Assembly (NCBI GenBank): GCA_016748015.1
Contig: JAAOMT010000294.1
Location: forward strand, 40,541-104,540
Length of the DNA: 64,000 nt
Source: Geosiphon pyriformis uo1
Lineage: Eukaryota > Fungi > Glomeromycota
Direction of reading: 5' to 3'
Shown: in pieces, positions 50,797-64,000 of the stretch
How positions within the stretch are numbered: position 1 is the stretch's first letter
Layout of the letters: each line of letters opens with the position of its first letter
Notes under the pieces: model-generated
The model's database searches: none
What the model was told of the DNA's origin: nothing
The model's input: only the letters and a program-made list of their open reading frames with translations
Translations under genes and position numbers: made by a program

Positions 50797-52245
50797 AATA
50801 TTAAGCTCCATCAAAATTCTCATTTTGAATTATGTTAAATACTTTTTTTTCAAGTAGTGTTTGTTCCACCTTACTCTTTATTTCTTCAATTTGTAAGTTG
50901 TTTATTCTTCCCTATTGGTTAATGATTATTGTTTCCATATTAAAGTGTAAAAATACTTCTGGGTAGTTTTGAAATATAGTGTGTAGTCAATAAATGGTCT
51001 TGATATGTAGTGTTAAGTTTGTTTTCTTTCTAATAATGTTTTCAATGTTTCAGATTATCTTTTGATTGAAAATTCTCTTGAATTTGTCAAAATATAACTT
51101 CTGAATATCTACTTTTCGTTCCAATTGATAGTAGCAGTATGGTATTAGAAGTTGGTTTATTTATTTGTTCTAATTTTTTTTTATTAGTTCTTCTGTTAGA
51201 ATTATGATGATTATCTTTCTAAAAGTGTTTTTTACTTTCTCTACTATTTTATCTGACCAGTTTATTAATTGTTTTTGTAATTGCTGGTATGGTGTACTTT
51301 TCTCTTTTTGTTTGGTGTTTTAATAACAAATTGTTTGGTTATTGATGATAATTTCTATGTTTACTTGCTGTTGACTTAAAGCCTGAAACAATTGTTAAGT
51401 TAAAGTGTGAATATAATTTGGTATTTTCATTTTTCTTTGTTGCTTTTGTTGTGTATACCATGTCTTTATATACTCTTTTGGTTGTTCAATTTGATGTATT
51501 TGGTTCAATAACTATGATTGGTTCCAAATCTCATGGAATCTTATCTGGTTGAACTAGTATTCTCTGTGCTTCCAGTTGTGGAATATTACTGGTAGATGCT
51601 GGTACTATGTTTTGATATAGTTTCAGTCGATCTCCATGTGCTGCTTTGGTTAAAATTTTGTTGTTCAACCTTAATTTATAAGCTCTATTTTCTAAAATTT
51701 CTTCTATGTGAAATGGTTTGTCTCATTTGAAGTCAAATTTTCTATTCTATTGTTTTTTTACTTTGGTATAATATAAAAGTACTTTGTTTCCAATCCTGAA
51801 TTTGATTAAATATCTTAGAGAACATATTAGTATCATCTAAGTAAACAACTATTGATTTCTACAGTAGTCCAGTATCGACAATTTTTATAAGCTGTTGGAA
51901 TGTGGCTAGTACATTCATTAAGTCAAAAGGCATAACTTCAAATTTGAAATTTCTTTCTTGGATTGTAAAAGCTGTTTTCTTCTTATCTTCTGGTTTTATG
52001 GCTATTTGCCAGTAATAACTGTTTAAATCTAAAGTTGAAAATCATTTTTTTTCTCTAAAAGCATCAAAAAGTTCTTGGATCTTTGGAATTGGGTAGCTAT
52101 CTCTTTTTGTTATTTTATTGAGTTTTTGGTAGTCTATACAAAAGTGGATTTTTCTATTCTTCTTACAGACTAGTACTACTGGCAATGACCATAAACTTAT
52201 TAATGATTGAATTAATCTGTTGTCTAACATCTAATTAATTTTTTG

Positions 52246-53265
52246 TCAAATGATTTTATGACTTGTTGGTGGTACTTGATATGCTTTTTGTTTGATTGGC
52301 AATGCGTCTCCAGTCTTAATCTGATGTTGGATTATGTTAGTTCTGCCAAATTCATTTTCACAAGCAAAAATGTTGTTGAAGTTGTTAAATAATATCTTAA
52401 GCTGCATATATTGTAATAGGTCTAGATTTCTCAAGTTCATCTGTTTCAATTGTTTTGATTGAAGCAGATAACATTTTTTTTGTCCATAGATTGTTTGTGA
52501 TGTAATATTTACATATCTGCAAAGCTGTAGAAAATTTAAAATAGGGTTTGGTGGTTGTTTTTCAACTTCAGTACTTAAATATCTGATGGTAATTTTTTTT
52601 GGTATTTCAATGACATTTTTAGTTATGTTGTAAATAGAAGTTTTGATGTATTTAGGGCTTTTGGCTGGTATGTAAAGATTGGTAAATCCAATTTTTCTTA
52701 ATTCACAAATTGTAGCTTCTGTTTCAAATATTTGGGCCTGGTTCTTTACTTTTCTTTCTATGGCTAACATGTACTGATTATATAGTGGAATAGAGATTAA
52801 TTGATGAATAAAAATAATTTCTTCCTTGTCAATAATCTTTTCCTCTGCCATATTGACTGGTACATCTATTCTATCCATAAATCTAAATCCTTGTATCCCT
52901 CTTGCTGTTATTCTTAATTCTTTCCTTTTTTCTACTAACACTAATTGAGCTATTTTAACTAAAGGCAAGAATATTGCCTGTGCTATTTTTTTGTTTGGCT
53001 TTATAATATAAGCCTTTTCTGAATTATTTTGTAGCATTATAATAATATTTCTTATATATCCTGCATTAATTATTCCTCCTCTGATGTTGATTCCTCTTTT
53101 TGCTAGATTACTCCTTAATACTAGTTGAATTATTGTTGTTGTTAAGATTTCCAGTACTATTTTAAGATCAATGCATGTGTGTGAGTGTGGTTTTAATTTG
53201 ATGGCATCTTTTCTTGAATATCTTAGATTAAACTCAACATCAGTATTATATGCATGTTTTGGCAT
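52246..53265 (-). pseudogene. Retrotransposon dUTPase domain and linker into RT
   Basis: Decayed trimeric dUTPase motifs: (AG)FNL, RSNLA, GGIINAGY.RNI.IML.N, KIAQAIF, RGIQGF. In frame with HQIKTGDALPIKQKAY preceding RT. Confidence 0.85.
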
Positions 53266-56200
53266 AATATTTTTATCATTATTGCTGAACTATTTTAGTT
53301 TCTGCTCTTTAATAAGATTAGAGAGCGCAATGTATTGTTTGGGATTTGAATTGTAGTTTGAATTATTGTTATTTTGGTTGCTATATTGAATGGTGCTGGA
53401 ACCATTGTTATTGTTGTTGTCATTGTTAAAGTTTGAATTGAGATTGAAATTTGATTCCAATTCTACTGTGCAGCTGCTGATTGGTTCTTTTTTCTCTGGG
53501 ATTATGTAGATTATGTGTGGTGGTGGATTGTAAATGAGATCACAATTATTACAATATTCAAAATTGCTGGGAATTAAACAATATTGGCATAATCTAGTAT
53601 TCAACTGTTCTAACTATTGTTTTTGCTTTTCTTTTGTTAGTAATGCTTGTGGAATTCTTTAGAGTCATCCTCAATATTATTAAAAATGTCAAAAGTTTGA
53701 ACATATTCGGGTTTTGAAAGTGATAAGGGGTTGTTCTTGATTTTCAGTAATTCACTGGTTGTTGTGCTTTCTGCTTTCACACTCACTATTTTCTAAATCT
53801 TATGTTCATTATGGAGATATTCTTCCAATTATCACAATGTTTTTTTCCACATGTTGTTGATTGGAGTTTTTTTGTGTATTCAGTTGTTTATTAAGATAGT
53901 ATATTAACATATTTCATCACACATTCTTCTATATCCAGAAATGTTATTCCATATTCTTTTATCAAACAAGATGGTTTCATAGGCAAGACAAGGCTTATTA
54001 TCTCATTTTTTTTGTTTTTTTGGTCGTCCAAACCATTCAAGAACACAAGAATAACAATAAAATTTTGTTGCCATTGGGTATTCTTCATCATCATCACAAC
54101 ATGCATCTATTGATGACAACTTCTTGTCACAATCAATACACACCAGTTTTGGTCAGTGATAGTTAGATGGTTGTAGTAGAGTATAGATATATAAAATATA
54201 AGTTGTAATGATTGCTGGTACTGGCTTTTCTTCTTTCTCTTTTCCTTTTCTTTTTTTGGTTTCTTCCCACTTTTAATTTGGTGTCTACTTGTTCTAATTG
54301 TTATTAATCCACAATATTTAATTGTTGTTTCAAATAAGTTCCTCTTTTCACTTTTTTTTTTCTTTGTTATCTTATGAAAATATGAGTAATAGTTCATTGT
54401 AGTTGTTATCAGCCTATAAAACTTAATAGGCTTTCCAGATAGGTTTATTTTCTTTTTTTTTTAGCTCAATCAATGATTGCTTTCTTTGAAAAGCTTTAAA
54501 ATGACCACAGATGGCAGGTGTGCAAGTATGCTGTCCATTAAAATTCAACTGGAGTTTTGCATGTTCCAATCAAGAATGGCATTGGTTTTGGACAGCCAAT
54601 TATTTCCAACAAGAGCTTAATACTGAATGGCTTTTATGACTAATACTTTGATGGATATAATGATGCTATTGACTTTAAATGAGAAGTCATTGATTTTACT
54701 GATTGAAGTCTTTGTCATTCCATCAGTAGTGATAATTCAGGTGCTGGCAGTATGATCAACTTAATAACCTAATTAGTTTATAAGTTGTCAGATAATAATG
54801 CTGCTTGCTGACCCACTGTTCAAGATTAATTTGATGGAATAATTATCAGTTTTAGCATTGGTGTACATTGCAGTTATGGGTTTTTTTTTAAGGGCAGCAC
54901 CACTAAAAAGAGGCATTTTAAACTGTTTCTCAAGTTCAAATAAAAAGATGGCTGCTAACACGTTGTTATTAGTGACGGTTGCTGGTAAAATTTTGTTAAT
55001 AAGTGGTTTTTGGTTGGTTTTTAAGTTGTTGAATAAGACGTTTTTTAGGATAACCAGAAGACTTAAATAGTTCTGGGAACTCAGATTTTGGGTGTATCTA
55101 TTTCCCAAATTTTTTAGACATGATTCTGAAGGTTGTTAGAATGTGCTGAAAATCAGTTAATAAACAACCATCACCAATTTCCAGTTTTGTTAGATGGTTC
55201 TCAGCCTTTGATTTCTATTGGGCATAGTCATTTGTGACAGTATTTGAATGAGTTGCAATTAATAAATTAGTTGTGGCTACAGTGGTTAATATATTACAGA
55301 TATTGCCAGTTAATATATTAGAGGTATGTATATTGGTTGTTGTAATATTTGAGTATAATTAGGTTGGTACTAATCTTGATTTAAGTAGTAATTTGGTGTT
55401 TGAAATCTGTGATCAGAGTTTTGATATTGATTTTCCGATTATGAGTTATTGCTATAAACTTGGCAGCTAGCTTTAATGTGACTTTGTTTACCACAATTGT
55501 AATAAACATGTGTCTCTAATTGCTATGTTTGATTGGTTAATAATGATAGGCATGTCTGATTTTAGAAATGATTTGAGTTTCTTGAATTACTATGTTGTTG
55601 TAAAGATTGATAGATTGTCTAATTGTTAATTAAGTATTCCTCAATTTTCTGATTGATTGAATCACTGAATTGTTTCAATTTGAAATCCTATTTAGATAAT
55701 CTGTTTATTACTAAATTTACAGCTTGGGTATGATTAGCTTTGAGTTCAGCTGATTCAAAGTTTCTAGTATATATAACTGCTGCTTGCAAGTCAACTGGAT
55801 GTAATAAATGTACACATTAAAAGATGTTACTGTACAGACCACAGATAACTGGTTCAAAATTTGTGGTGCTGTGAAATAATTGGCATCAATGGCTTGAATT
55901 TGGCACAGATTCCTGTAGAAATGTTCTAGATAAGTAGTGACTGCTTCACTTTTTCCTTGCTTGATGGTAGTAAAGATATTTGCCAAGTGGTTAATGCTAT
56001 TATTGTTACTAAAATATCTCAAAAATTCAAGTTTGAATTCTTGAAAAGTTTGTGGTTTGACAGCTAAACTCTGATACTATGAATTAGTAATATCTTGGAA
56101 AAAATAGGGAATTGCTTGAAGAACTCTGCCATCATTTCATTTATTGGCTGTAATGGCTTTTTCCATATCATTGAGCCATACTTGGGTGTTGTCCTCTTCG

Positions 56201-57219
56201 CTAGTAAATTTCTTAATTTTGGCAATGGGTGTATAGGCCATTAGTGCTAATAGTAATTGTTGTTGTGATTAAGGTTGAGGTTGCTGTTACAGTTGCTGCT
56301 GGGATGGTGGTTGTGACTGTTGCTGTTGCTGTTTAACAATTGGTAGGACTGGTGATGAGTCAATCATGATTACTGGAGGTAAGTTTTGGGCAACAATAGG
56401 GATGGTATTTGGATTGTTCTGATTTTGCTAAGTTGGAATAATCAAGGTTTGAATTTCCGGATTTTCAAAAATTGGATTTTGCTTATTAATTTCTTGATTA
56501 TTATTTTTTTCTTTCTCAGAATTAATTATTTCTCAAGAACTAATGGTTCTAAAATCTGGTTGTGGTGATAGTAATCAAGTTTCTGATAGTATTGGAAATC
56601 ATAATTTAAATCTCTCAAAATAATTGCTGTATGTTTTTAGTAACTCTGCTTTCTTTTGTTTACTTTAGAATGGAATTCTGTTTAATAGTGTTGTTGCATT
56701 TATGGTAAATACACCTATTAATGTTATATTGATAGTGCTTCTGAGTGTGTAATAGTATGATGAATTAGCAAGTAAGTTGACTCTCTGTTTCTTTCAAATA
56801 GGTAATTGTATTTGCTTTGGAGTTCTTGCTAGTGTTTGCAATCTTTTTTTTTCTTTGTCAGCAAAGATGATAAAGAATCTTTGTTTAGTATATTTTTCTA
56901 TTTCTCTATTTATTTTTGTAATTAGTGGTGCAAATAAATAATTCTGTAATAGTGTAATGCTTTAGAGTAGTTCACTGAAAAAATTGTTGAAGATGGATTT
57001 TGGATCTTCTTGGCCTTTCAAATGATATATTATTCTTTCATTAATGTAGTAATTAAAAGCTGATTTTGTTGGCCAACTATTATTTGTTAATATGAGATAA
57101 GTGTAATAATATTGAAATAAAGATTTTGCAAATCTCAAATGGTTTGTTCCTGTTTCTTTGAATTCTGCCACTGTTTTAGATAAGTACTGTTAGTGCTGGT
57201 TCTCTGTTAAATTAAATTT

Positions 57220-57233
57220 CACAGGAAGCACCA
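57220..57233 (-). promoter_or_regulatory. Primer binding site TGGTGCTTCCTGTG
   Basis: Starts with TGG 2 nt after the 5' LTR, complementary to a tRNA ending ...GGAAGCA-CCA. tRNA identity not determined. Confidence 0.8.
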
Positions 57234-57235
57234 AA

Positions 57236-58039
57236 TGTTACAGATGATTATTTGGGGTCTTAAATCAAATAACAAATCTGTAACTTGGTGCTTAATAACA
57301 GATATAATTGGTAATATTTGAAGATTTTAGTAATCTGAAGATTTTGGTTGAATCTTTTGTATAATAAACAGAGATTTAATAGTTTTTTTAATAGTCTTTT
57401 AGAATCACAATTCTATTAATTTTTTTCTTGGCTTAGTGGCTGGCAATCTTCTGGTAAGTAATCTATTATCTCAATGTTTTATCCTTTTACAGAAGTTTTT
57501 TACCAGGCAATCTTTGACATTAATAATTCAATGCTTAATTCTTAATTAATTAGTCAACAACAAGAAAACAATAAAAAAAAAAAAAGAAAATATGATAACA
57601 AATAAAAAAATAAGCCAAGGCAATGAATGTTAATATCCTGTCAATAACCATGATCAAGAGCTATTGTTCTAACATAGTTAAGTATTGGCAACTATCAATA
57701 TGAAGTGTTGATAGTAGAGAGTGAATTAAGATAGCATATAATTATTTATTAATATTTGTGAATTTAGAAGATTGCTTAGATAAAATTTAAATTGAAAAAT
57801 CTGTTTTTTCTGCTTTTAATGCTACTGCTATATATACATATTTAAGATTTTTCAATTCTTCTATTCTTCCTGTCAGGAATCCTAGAATTATTGGAATTCT
57901 GCAATTCTTTGTATAAGAATCTTGTAATTCCTGGAATCTTGTAATTCCTCTGAAAAGAATCTTAGAATTTTATATTTACTATGTTTACTTCTGATTGGCT
58001 AGTATATACTACTATAATTTTTATCTTCTATGAGTAACA
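57236..58039 (-). repeat. 5' LTR
   Basis: TGTTAC...GTAACA termini; followed by the PBS. Confidence 0.85.
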
Positions 58040-59711
58040 ATATTAAAAAAATTTCAGATAAATATATTTGATTTGGGTTTTTAACAAATATCTTGAAAAC
58101 ATCATTTTTTATTTTATTTAAGGCTATCTGTATTATTAAGTTTAAAATATAATTAAAGCATTAAAATTGAAAATTCTTTGAATTCTATTGAATGTTTTTC
58201 TTTTCTAATTTTTTTGCTAACTTTTTTATGAAAATATTATTATTTACAGTATTATTAAAGATAATAGCAAGAAGCTGTTTAAAAAAAATTATATTATAAC
58301 TAATAAAATTGATAGTAAATTTGTATAAAAAAGAGTAAGTATAACTTTTTCTTAAACTTTTTGGTTGAAAATTTGGCAAAACAATAATAAAAACTATATA
58401 AACTAATATTAAGAAAATATAGTTTTTGATAATATGAACACTGTAGTAATTTTAAGTCTTAAATAATATTAATACCAAAAATTCAGCTTTAAAGCAATGA
58501 TAAAAACCAATTTAAGCCAATATTAAGAAAACACAATTTTTGATAATATAAGTATTATAATAACTCTGAGTTTTAGATGATACTAATATACTATATAATA
58601 TATTAATTTTTTTATTGGCTATTAACTAATCCAAATTTATGTAAGAATATATGTATGTATTTTTGATATAATTTTATAATTTTTTAATACTTAAAAAATT
58701 TGTTCACAATTTTTATTCTATTATGTTATTTACTCATTAATCCAAAATCAATTATTGTTTATTAAAAGTTCCAATTGTTATTAATATAATAAGCAGTAAT
58801 AGAAATAAAAACTTTGTTATTAAAAAATGTTCAAAGATCTAATGTAAAAGAAATTTTGGATTTAATAGTATCTAAGTATATTTATTATATTATAAGTATA
58901 AATAAAAAAAAAACATTTCATAATAAAAATAATACTTACTTTTAATTTTTGTTTACTCAAAACATAGAGTTTTATGACTCTATTTTTAATTATATTGGCA
59001 CAAACAAGTTAAGAAATAGGATTTAAATATTGAAATATTTTAATTAATTTAGAGTTTTCTACTGTAAAAAGTGATTATTAACAGTTAATAAGCCCAATAG
59101 TAATCATGTTGTAAAGTTTTTTATTATCAACATTAATAACAGTTACTACAGAAAACTAAAGCAGTTTTTTAGTTAGATTGGCCAAAAATTATAAAACAAA
59201 ATAACAATCTCATTTATTAAAATATTTTTTTAATTGATTCATAATTTTTCTAAATATTTTGTTTTTTTTTATAATATTTTTTTATTATAACATATATTGT
59301 TTAGTGAAAAGCCTTTAAATAGTATTATAAAAGTTTGGTAGTATTTGTAATTTTGTAAGAAAATAGTTTATGCATATATTTTAAGATTGTATATTTTGCT
59401 GTTTTTTTTTGTTCATTCAAATTTATCAAAATAGTTTTATATTTTATTTTAAAAACTATATTTACCAAATATATTAATTTGAACTATTTAAGTTATCAAA
59501 TTTTATTATATTAAATTTTAAATCTTTAATAAAATTAGATAATACTAACAATAAATTTATTTTAATAAGTTAAAGAGTAGAATTGTTATATATATAGTTT
59601 TATATATTTTTTTAACTAATTATAGTAATTAAACAAAATAATAATTAATAAACAAATAATACAAGTTATATTTTTTTTTAATTTTATTAAACTTAAACAA
59701 GTTTATAAACT

Positions 59712-59864
59712 TTGAACCAAACTTAAACCAAATTTAGATTTGTCAAAAAGATTCAATATCAAACTTAAACTGAATCTACTTTGAAAAATTGGTTCAGTTT
59801 AAGTTCAGTTCATAATTTGAATTAAATTTGAACAACATTCAAAGTTTGGTTCAGTTTGGTTCAA
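59712..59864. repeat. About 150-bp MITE-like inverted-repeat structure built of (t)gaaccaaac motifs
   Basis: ttgaaccaaacttaaaccaaattt ... aaagtttggttcagtttggttcaa are near reverse complements, with internal copies of the motif. Confidence 0.55.
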
Positions 59865-60560
59865 TTAGAACTCTATTTTCAAAACCATTAATTTTTGAAA
59901 ACAATTTTTTGACTGTAATAAGTTTGTTTTAAGAAAACTTTTCAATAATATTATCAAACTAATATCCAAAATAAATAAATTCTTAACAGAAACATTAACC
60001 AGATTTTTTAGAAAGAAAAAAAGAGCTAATAGAGTATTTAACAAGATATTATCATTATTTTTACTTAAAAAATTGATCTTTTTTAAAAATGTTTTCAATG
60101 CTTTTTTGGTCTTTATTTGTAAATTTTTTAGTATTTGGTTGGAATTTTTTTTATTAGAAATAATCTTTTTATTATAATCAATACTGGTTTTTTTACCAAA
60201 CACTTTTTTTGTATATTAATACTATTAAATTTAGTAATATTACTAGTTTTAAAGTTTCAAGAGTAACCACTTAAAGTCTTTGTAAAAATTACTTTATTAT
60301 TATTATTGTTATTCAAAGTATTATTTTTTCTCTTTTTTCTTAAAAGAACATATTTGTTATTATTGTTAAAACCAGAATTTTTAATAAACTTCTTTATAAT
60401 AATGATACTAAAACCAACAATAATCTTGTAATTAAGCAAAAAAGATTTGGATTTATTGTATTAAATGATTAAAAAACTTCTTTTTAATAAATGTATTTTT
60501 TAATAGATTTTTAGGTTTAAAAAAGAAAAAAGCTTTTTTTCTAAAACATATTATTGAAAA
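59865..60560 (-). mobile_element. Highly decayed LINE 5' end / ORF1 relic
   Basis: LVNVSVKNLFILDISL resembles VEVAVKKSFTLDINL of the ORF1 at 41921-42523. Confidence 0.5.
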
Positions 60561-62920
60561 AAATAAAGTAAAACCAAATCTGAACAAAATTAAAAAAATT
60601 AAAATTTTTTTTCTTTAATCAATTTTTGTGAACTATAAAAATTTTAAAACTCATTAAATATTACTGTCACTTTATTAAAAATTTTTTTACTACTTGTTTT
60701 TAAAATATGTATTGTATATTTAAAAAACTAAACAATAAAAAGTTTTTAATTATTTCAAGTACTAATTTATCAAAGCTTTAATCTTAATATATCTAAATTT
60801 TAATAAACAGTTTATTGTAACTATTAATACATTAAAAAATACTCTTGAAGCAGTTTTATTTTAAATTGGGCCAAATAATAGAAAACATCTAATTATTTAT
60901 ATTAACAGAAGTATTAGTATAGCTGAAAAAATATACAGTACTATAAACTTAAGATGTTTTATTATTTACTAGATTATATAAAACTAAAAATATTATTTTT
61001 ACTAACTATTTAATTTATATATTAATTATAAAAAACTTATTTGGTTATTTAATAAATCACAATTTGAAGAAAAATATACAAAATAAAATACTTACTTATA
61101 GCAATTTTTATACAAAGTTCATTATAAAAAAGAAGCTAAAAATACTAATGCTAATAGCTTATTGAAAATAACTTAAATTTAATTTTGTGCTAATAAATAT
61201 AACTACTTTTCAATGATTATATTAATATCTGTTAACAAATTAGTTTAAAAAAAATTAGCTCAACAAAAACAAAATACTATATAAAAATAAACTTAAAACT
61301 ATTTTATTTACAACAAATAATTATACTGTTATAAAAAAAAAATTCAAATTTTATGTCTTATATAATTTATTAATCAATTAAAATATAGAAATACAATCTA
61401 ATTTATGATACATAAATTGAATTTTTGATATGTTGAATTTTTTGTGTTTACTATATAACTATATCTAAATATATTGCAAAACTTTTAGTATTAATTTATA
61501 CAAGTTTTATTAATATAAAACTTGTTATATTGTAATATAGTTAGAAAAGCTTGTATATTAAAAGAGTTTAACAATAAATAAAATCAAAAATACAATATTA
61601 AAAATGTAATAAATCAAGAAATAAAAGATATATTAGATCAAAAAATAAAAAATACACTAAATTAGGAGATAAAAAACACATTAAATTAAACAATACAATA
61701 AGTTTAATTATATTATACTATATATTTATAATATATATATTTATAACTATGTATCATAAATAACATATTATTATAATATAATATTATTAAATATTTGATT
61801 GTATATCTTATTAAAAAAAAGATAGTTCTATAGTAATTAATAATGATATAATATATGTTTGTCTCTTAATATTTTTTTAATAATTTAATTATCTTATTAA
61901 GTAATAAATATTAAATTATATATATTAAGTATTTATATATATAATACAGTAAAATAAAGTTTTTAAATTATAGTTTTATTTGTAATATAAATATGTATTT
62001 ATTTAATAATTTTTAATTAATACAAATTTGAATTTATTTATGTTGTTTTAATTCTTAATAATATGTATTAATATTATTAATTTGTATGTAATAATATATA
62101 AAAACTTTATATTTAGAGAATAATATATTAAAACTATGTTGGTTTTTAGTAATATAAAAAATAAAATATTAAAATTAATTGATTTTGTTTGAAGTTTTAT
62201 AATTGAACATAAAAAACAAATCTGGCTAAAAAAAAAAAATTTATTAGTGCCAATAAATTTTTATTTGCTAATATTTGTGGTTTATTAATATTTTGTTTAA
62301 AAATATGTAAATGTTTAGTATTAAGAAGAATTATGTTTCAAGTTTTGGTTTAAAATAGCAGTATTTGTTTTTTGTAAACTAGACAGAGATATTTTTGTTA
62401 AAATAGTTTAATATAGTCTTGATTAGCTAAATGTATAAAAAAAACATGAATTATATTCAATTTAGAACACTTGGTTGTTCATTAAACTGAATAAAAAAAA
62501 TTAAAACTAAATTAAATAAATTAGTTAAATACTAAACAAATTAACAGCTATATATTGAAAATAAAAAGTATTAATAGTTTTATCGAAATGTAATCAATAA
62601 TTTATAATATTAAGATCAAATAATAATAAATAATTTACCGTGGAATATAAATACAAATTGCAAAAAACCTGCTTTTCAATTTTTGTTTGATTAATTCAGT
62701 CATAAAATAACAAATTGCTTCCACTGATAGTTTCAAAATTTATTTAGTTATAATAAAATACAAAATATTTCTTTAAGATTCTAAAATTATCATTCTAAAA
62801 TACTTTTTTTACAACATCCATTTCACGTGAACTTAAAATAAAGCTATACTTTAGCATGATGAAATAAAAATTTATAAAATAGAACTTATCTAATATATAA
62901 AATTGTGGACAATCGATCAA

Positions 62921-64000
62921 TTAATCCAATGGCGTCGTAAAATTGCTGGGAAATAATCCTCTGACCTTTCGAGATTCATCTAAAAGTTCTCCTTCCCACC
63001 AACCATCTTCTTGCATTGCAAGAACAGCTAAAACATCATTCGCCGTGAAAGATATTTCCTCGGGTATAGTTGCTCGATAGTCATATAATGTGCGCACTAT
63101 CAAATTAAATTACCACAAAGAATGAATATTGAGAATATTGAGAATATAAATAATTTAAACAAATTTTATATGAATAAGCTCACCAGTAAAAAGAATCGGC
63201 CGCCCATCATCCGTCAATTGGGTTCCGGGTCTGTTTGAAGGTCCATTTGGACCTGGTACAATTCCAGCAGGTAATCGTGGGGATGATTGTTGGTTATGCG
63301 GTGGAGGTCTATTCCACGAAGAATTATTATTATTATTATTATTATAAGATGAAGGTCCTTGTGTTACAGAAGGACCAGGATGGCTATGGTTGGGATTTCC
63401 TCCATATACAGCGTTGGGTGGTAATGTAGCATTTCTTGACAAAGAAGATGGCTGACGTTGTTGGTGTGGCTGAAAACCAAGAGCAGGTCCCCTTGGAGCT
63501 TGATGAAAATTTGGGTTTTGATATTGAGGTCTCAATTGCTGTGGTTGGATCACTGGAGTTAACTCGGGTCGCCCATAATTAGAAGGACCTGAATCGCGAG
63601 GTGGTTGATAGCTACTAGGTAGACCATCAACATCTGGACCATAAGTATACGGAGTACTTATCGCAGTATTTATAGTATTGCTTCGTTGAATATTTGAACG
63701 TGAAATTTGTTGTTGATATGGTCCTGGTTGAGATCCACCACGATAATTGGGATGAATATTTGGATTTTGTCTAGAAAAATCATAGGTGTTTACATTATTG
63801 GTACGCAGGGAAGGCCTCCCTTGTAAAGGGGAAGGTTGATAGGCCGAGGATGGTACATATTTATGACGATTATTTTGATCCCCATTTATTGTACTGTTTA
63901 CGGAGCTGTTTGGACGAGGTTGTTGGAAGGGCGTCACTGATGAATATTCGGATTGTGGTCGGCTGGCGAAATTTGAATCGCTGATAATAGTCGGAGTAGC
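62921..64000 (-). CDS. HOF1: 3' part of a Cdc15/Hof1-like (F-BAR) SH3 protein; intron 63097-63183
   Basis: P/Q/N-rich region, then TDDGRPILFT spliced to the SH3 domain VRTLYDYRATIPEEISF..EDGWWEGELLD..GLFPSNF. The F-BAR domain would lie outside the window, so the symbol is tentative. Confidence 0.7.

Larger units (their letters stand above)
49942..58039 (-). mobile_element. Ty3/Gypsy LTR retrotransposon with dUTPase, internally deleted (non-autonomous)
   Basis: LTRs 57236-58039 and 49942-50781, PBS and PPT. Contains gag (IKQGKSEAVTTY, CCHC), protease (IKLILNSGSASSII), dUTPase, RT N-half (FCIDYQKLN, VMPF, VYLDD) and the integrase C-terminal module. Confidence 0.92.

Overview
AT-rich eukaryotic (fungal) genomic DNA with short GT-AG introns. 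Gene and TE content (Sel1-repeat TKL kinases with the WTSGN motif, RNase H LINEs, dUTPase-carrying Ty3/Gypsy) points to Glomeromycota, resembling Geosiphon pyriformis; this is inference from recall, not a search. Positions 1-30 kb are gene-rich: two divergent Sel1-repeat paralogs (one fused to a non-RD kinase), a GPI-anchored Cys-rich protein, a BTB protein, a PHO80/PCL cyclin and RCY1. Positions 30.3-62.6 kb are a nested TE graveyard with extreme C>T/G>A decay: a LINE, two Gypsy elements and solo LTRs with 4-bp TSDs. The window ends in the 3' part of a HOF1/Cdc15-like SH3 gene. The main discovery, missed by the ORF track, is a pseudogenised IS607-family element at about 18.5-20.1 kb (minus strand). 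It encodes a TnpA serine recombinase overlapping a Fanzor2/TnpB RNA-guided nuclease with a rearranged RuvC site, and has a candidate omegaRNA right end. Two 20-N gaps are present; one is flanked by an artefactual 340-bp duplication.
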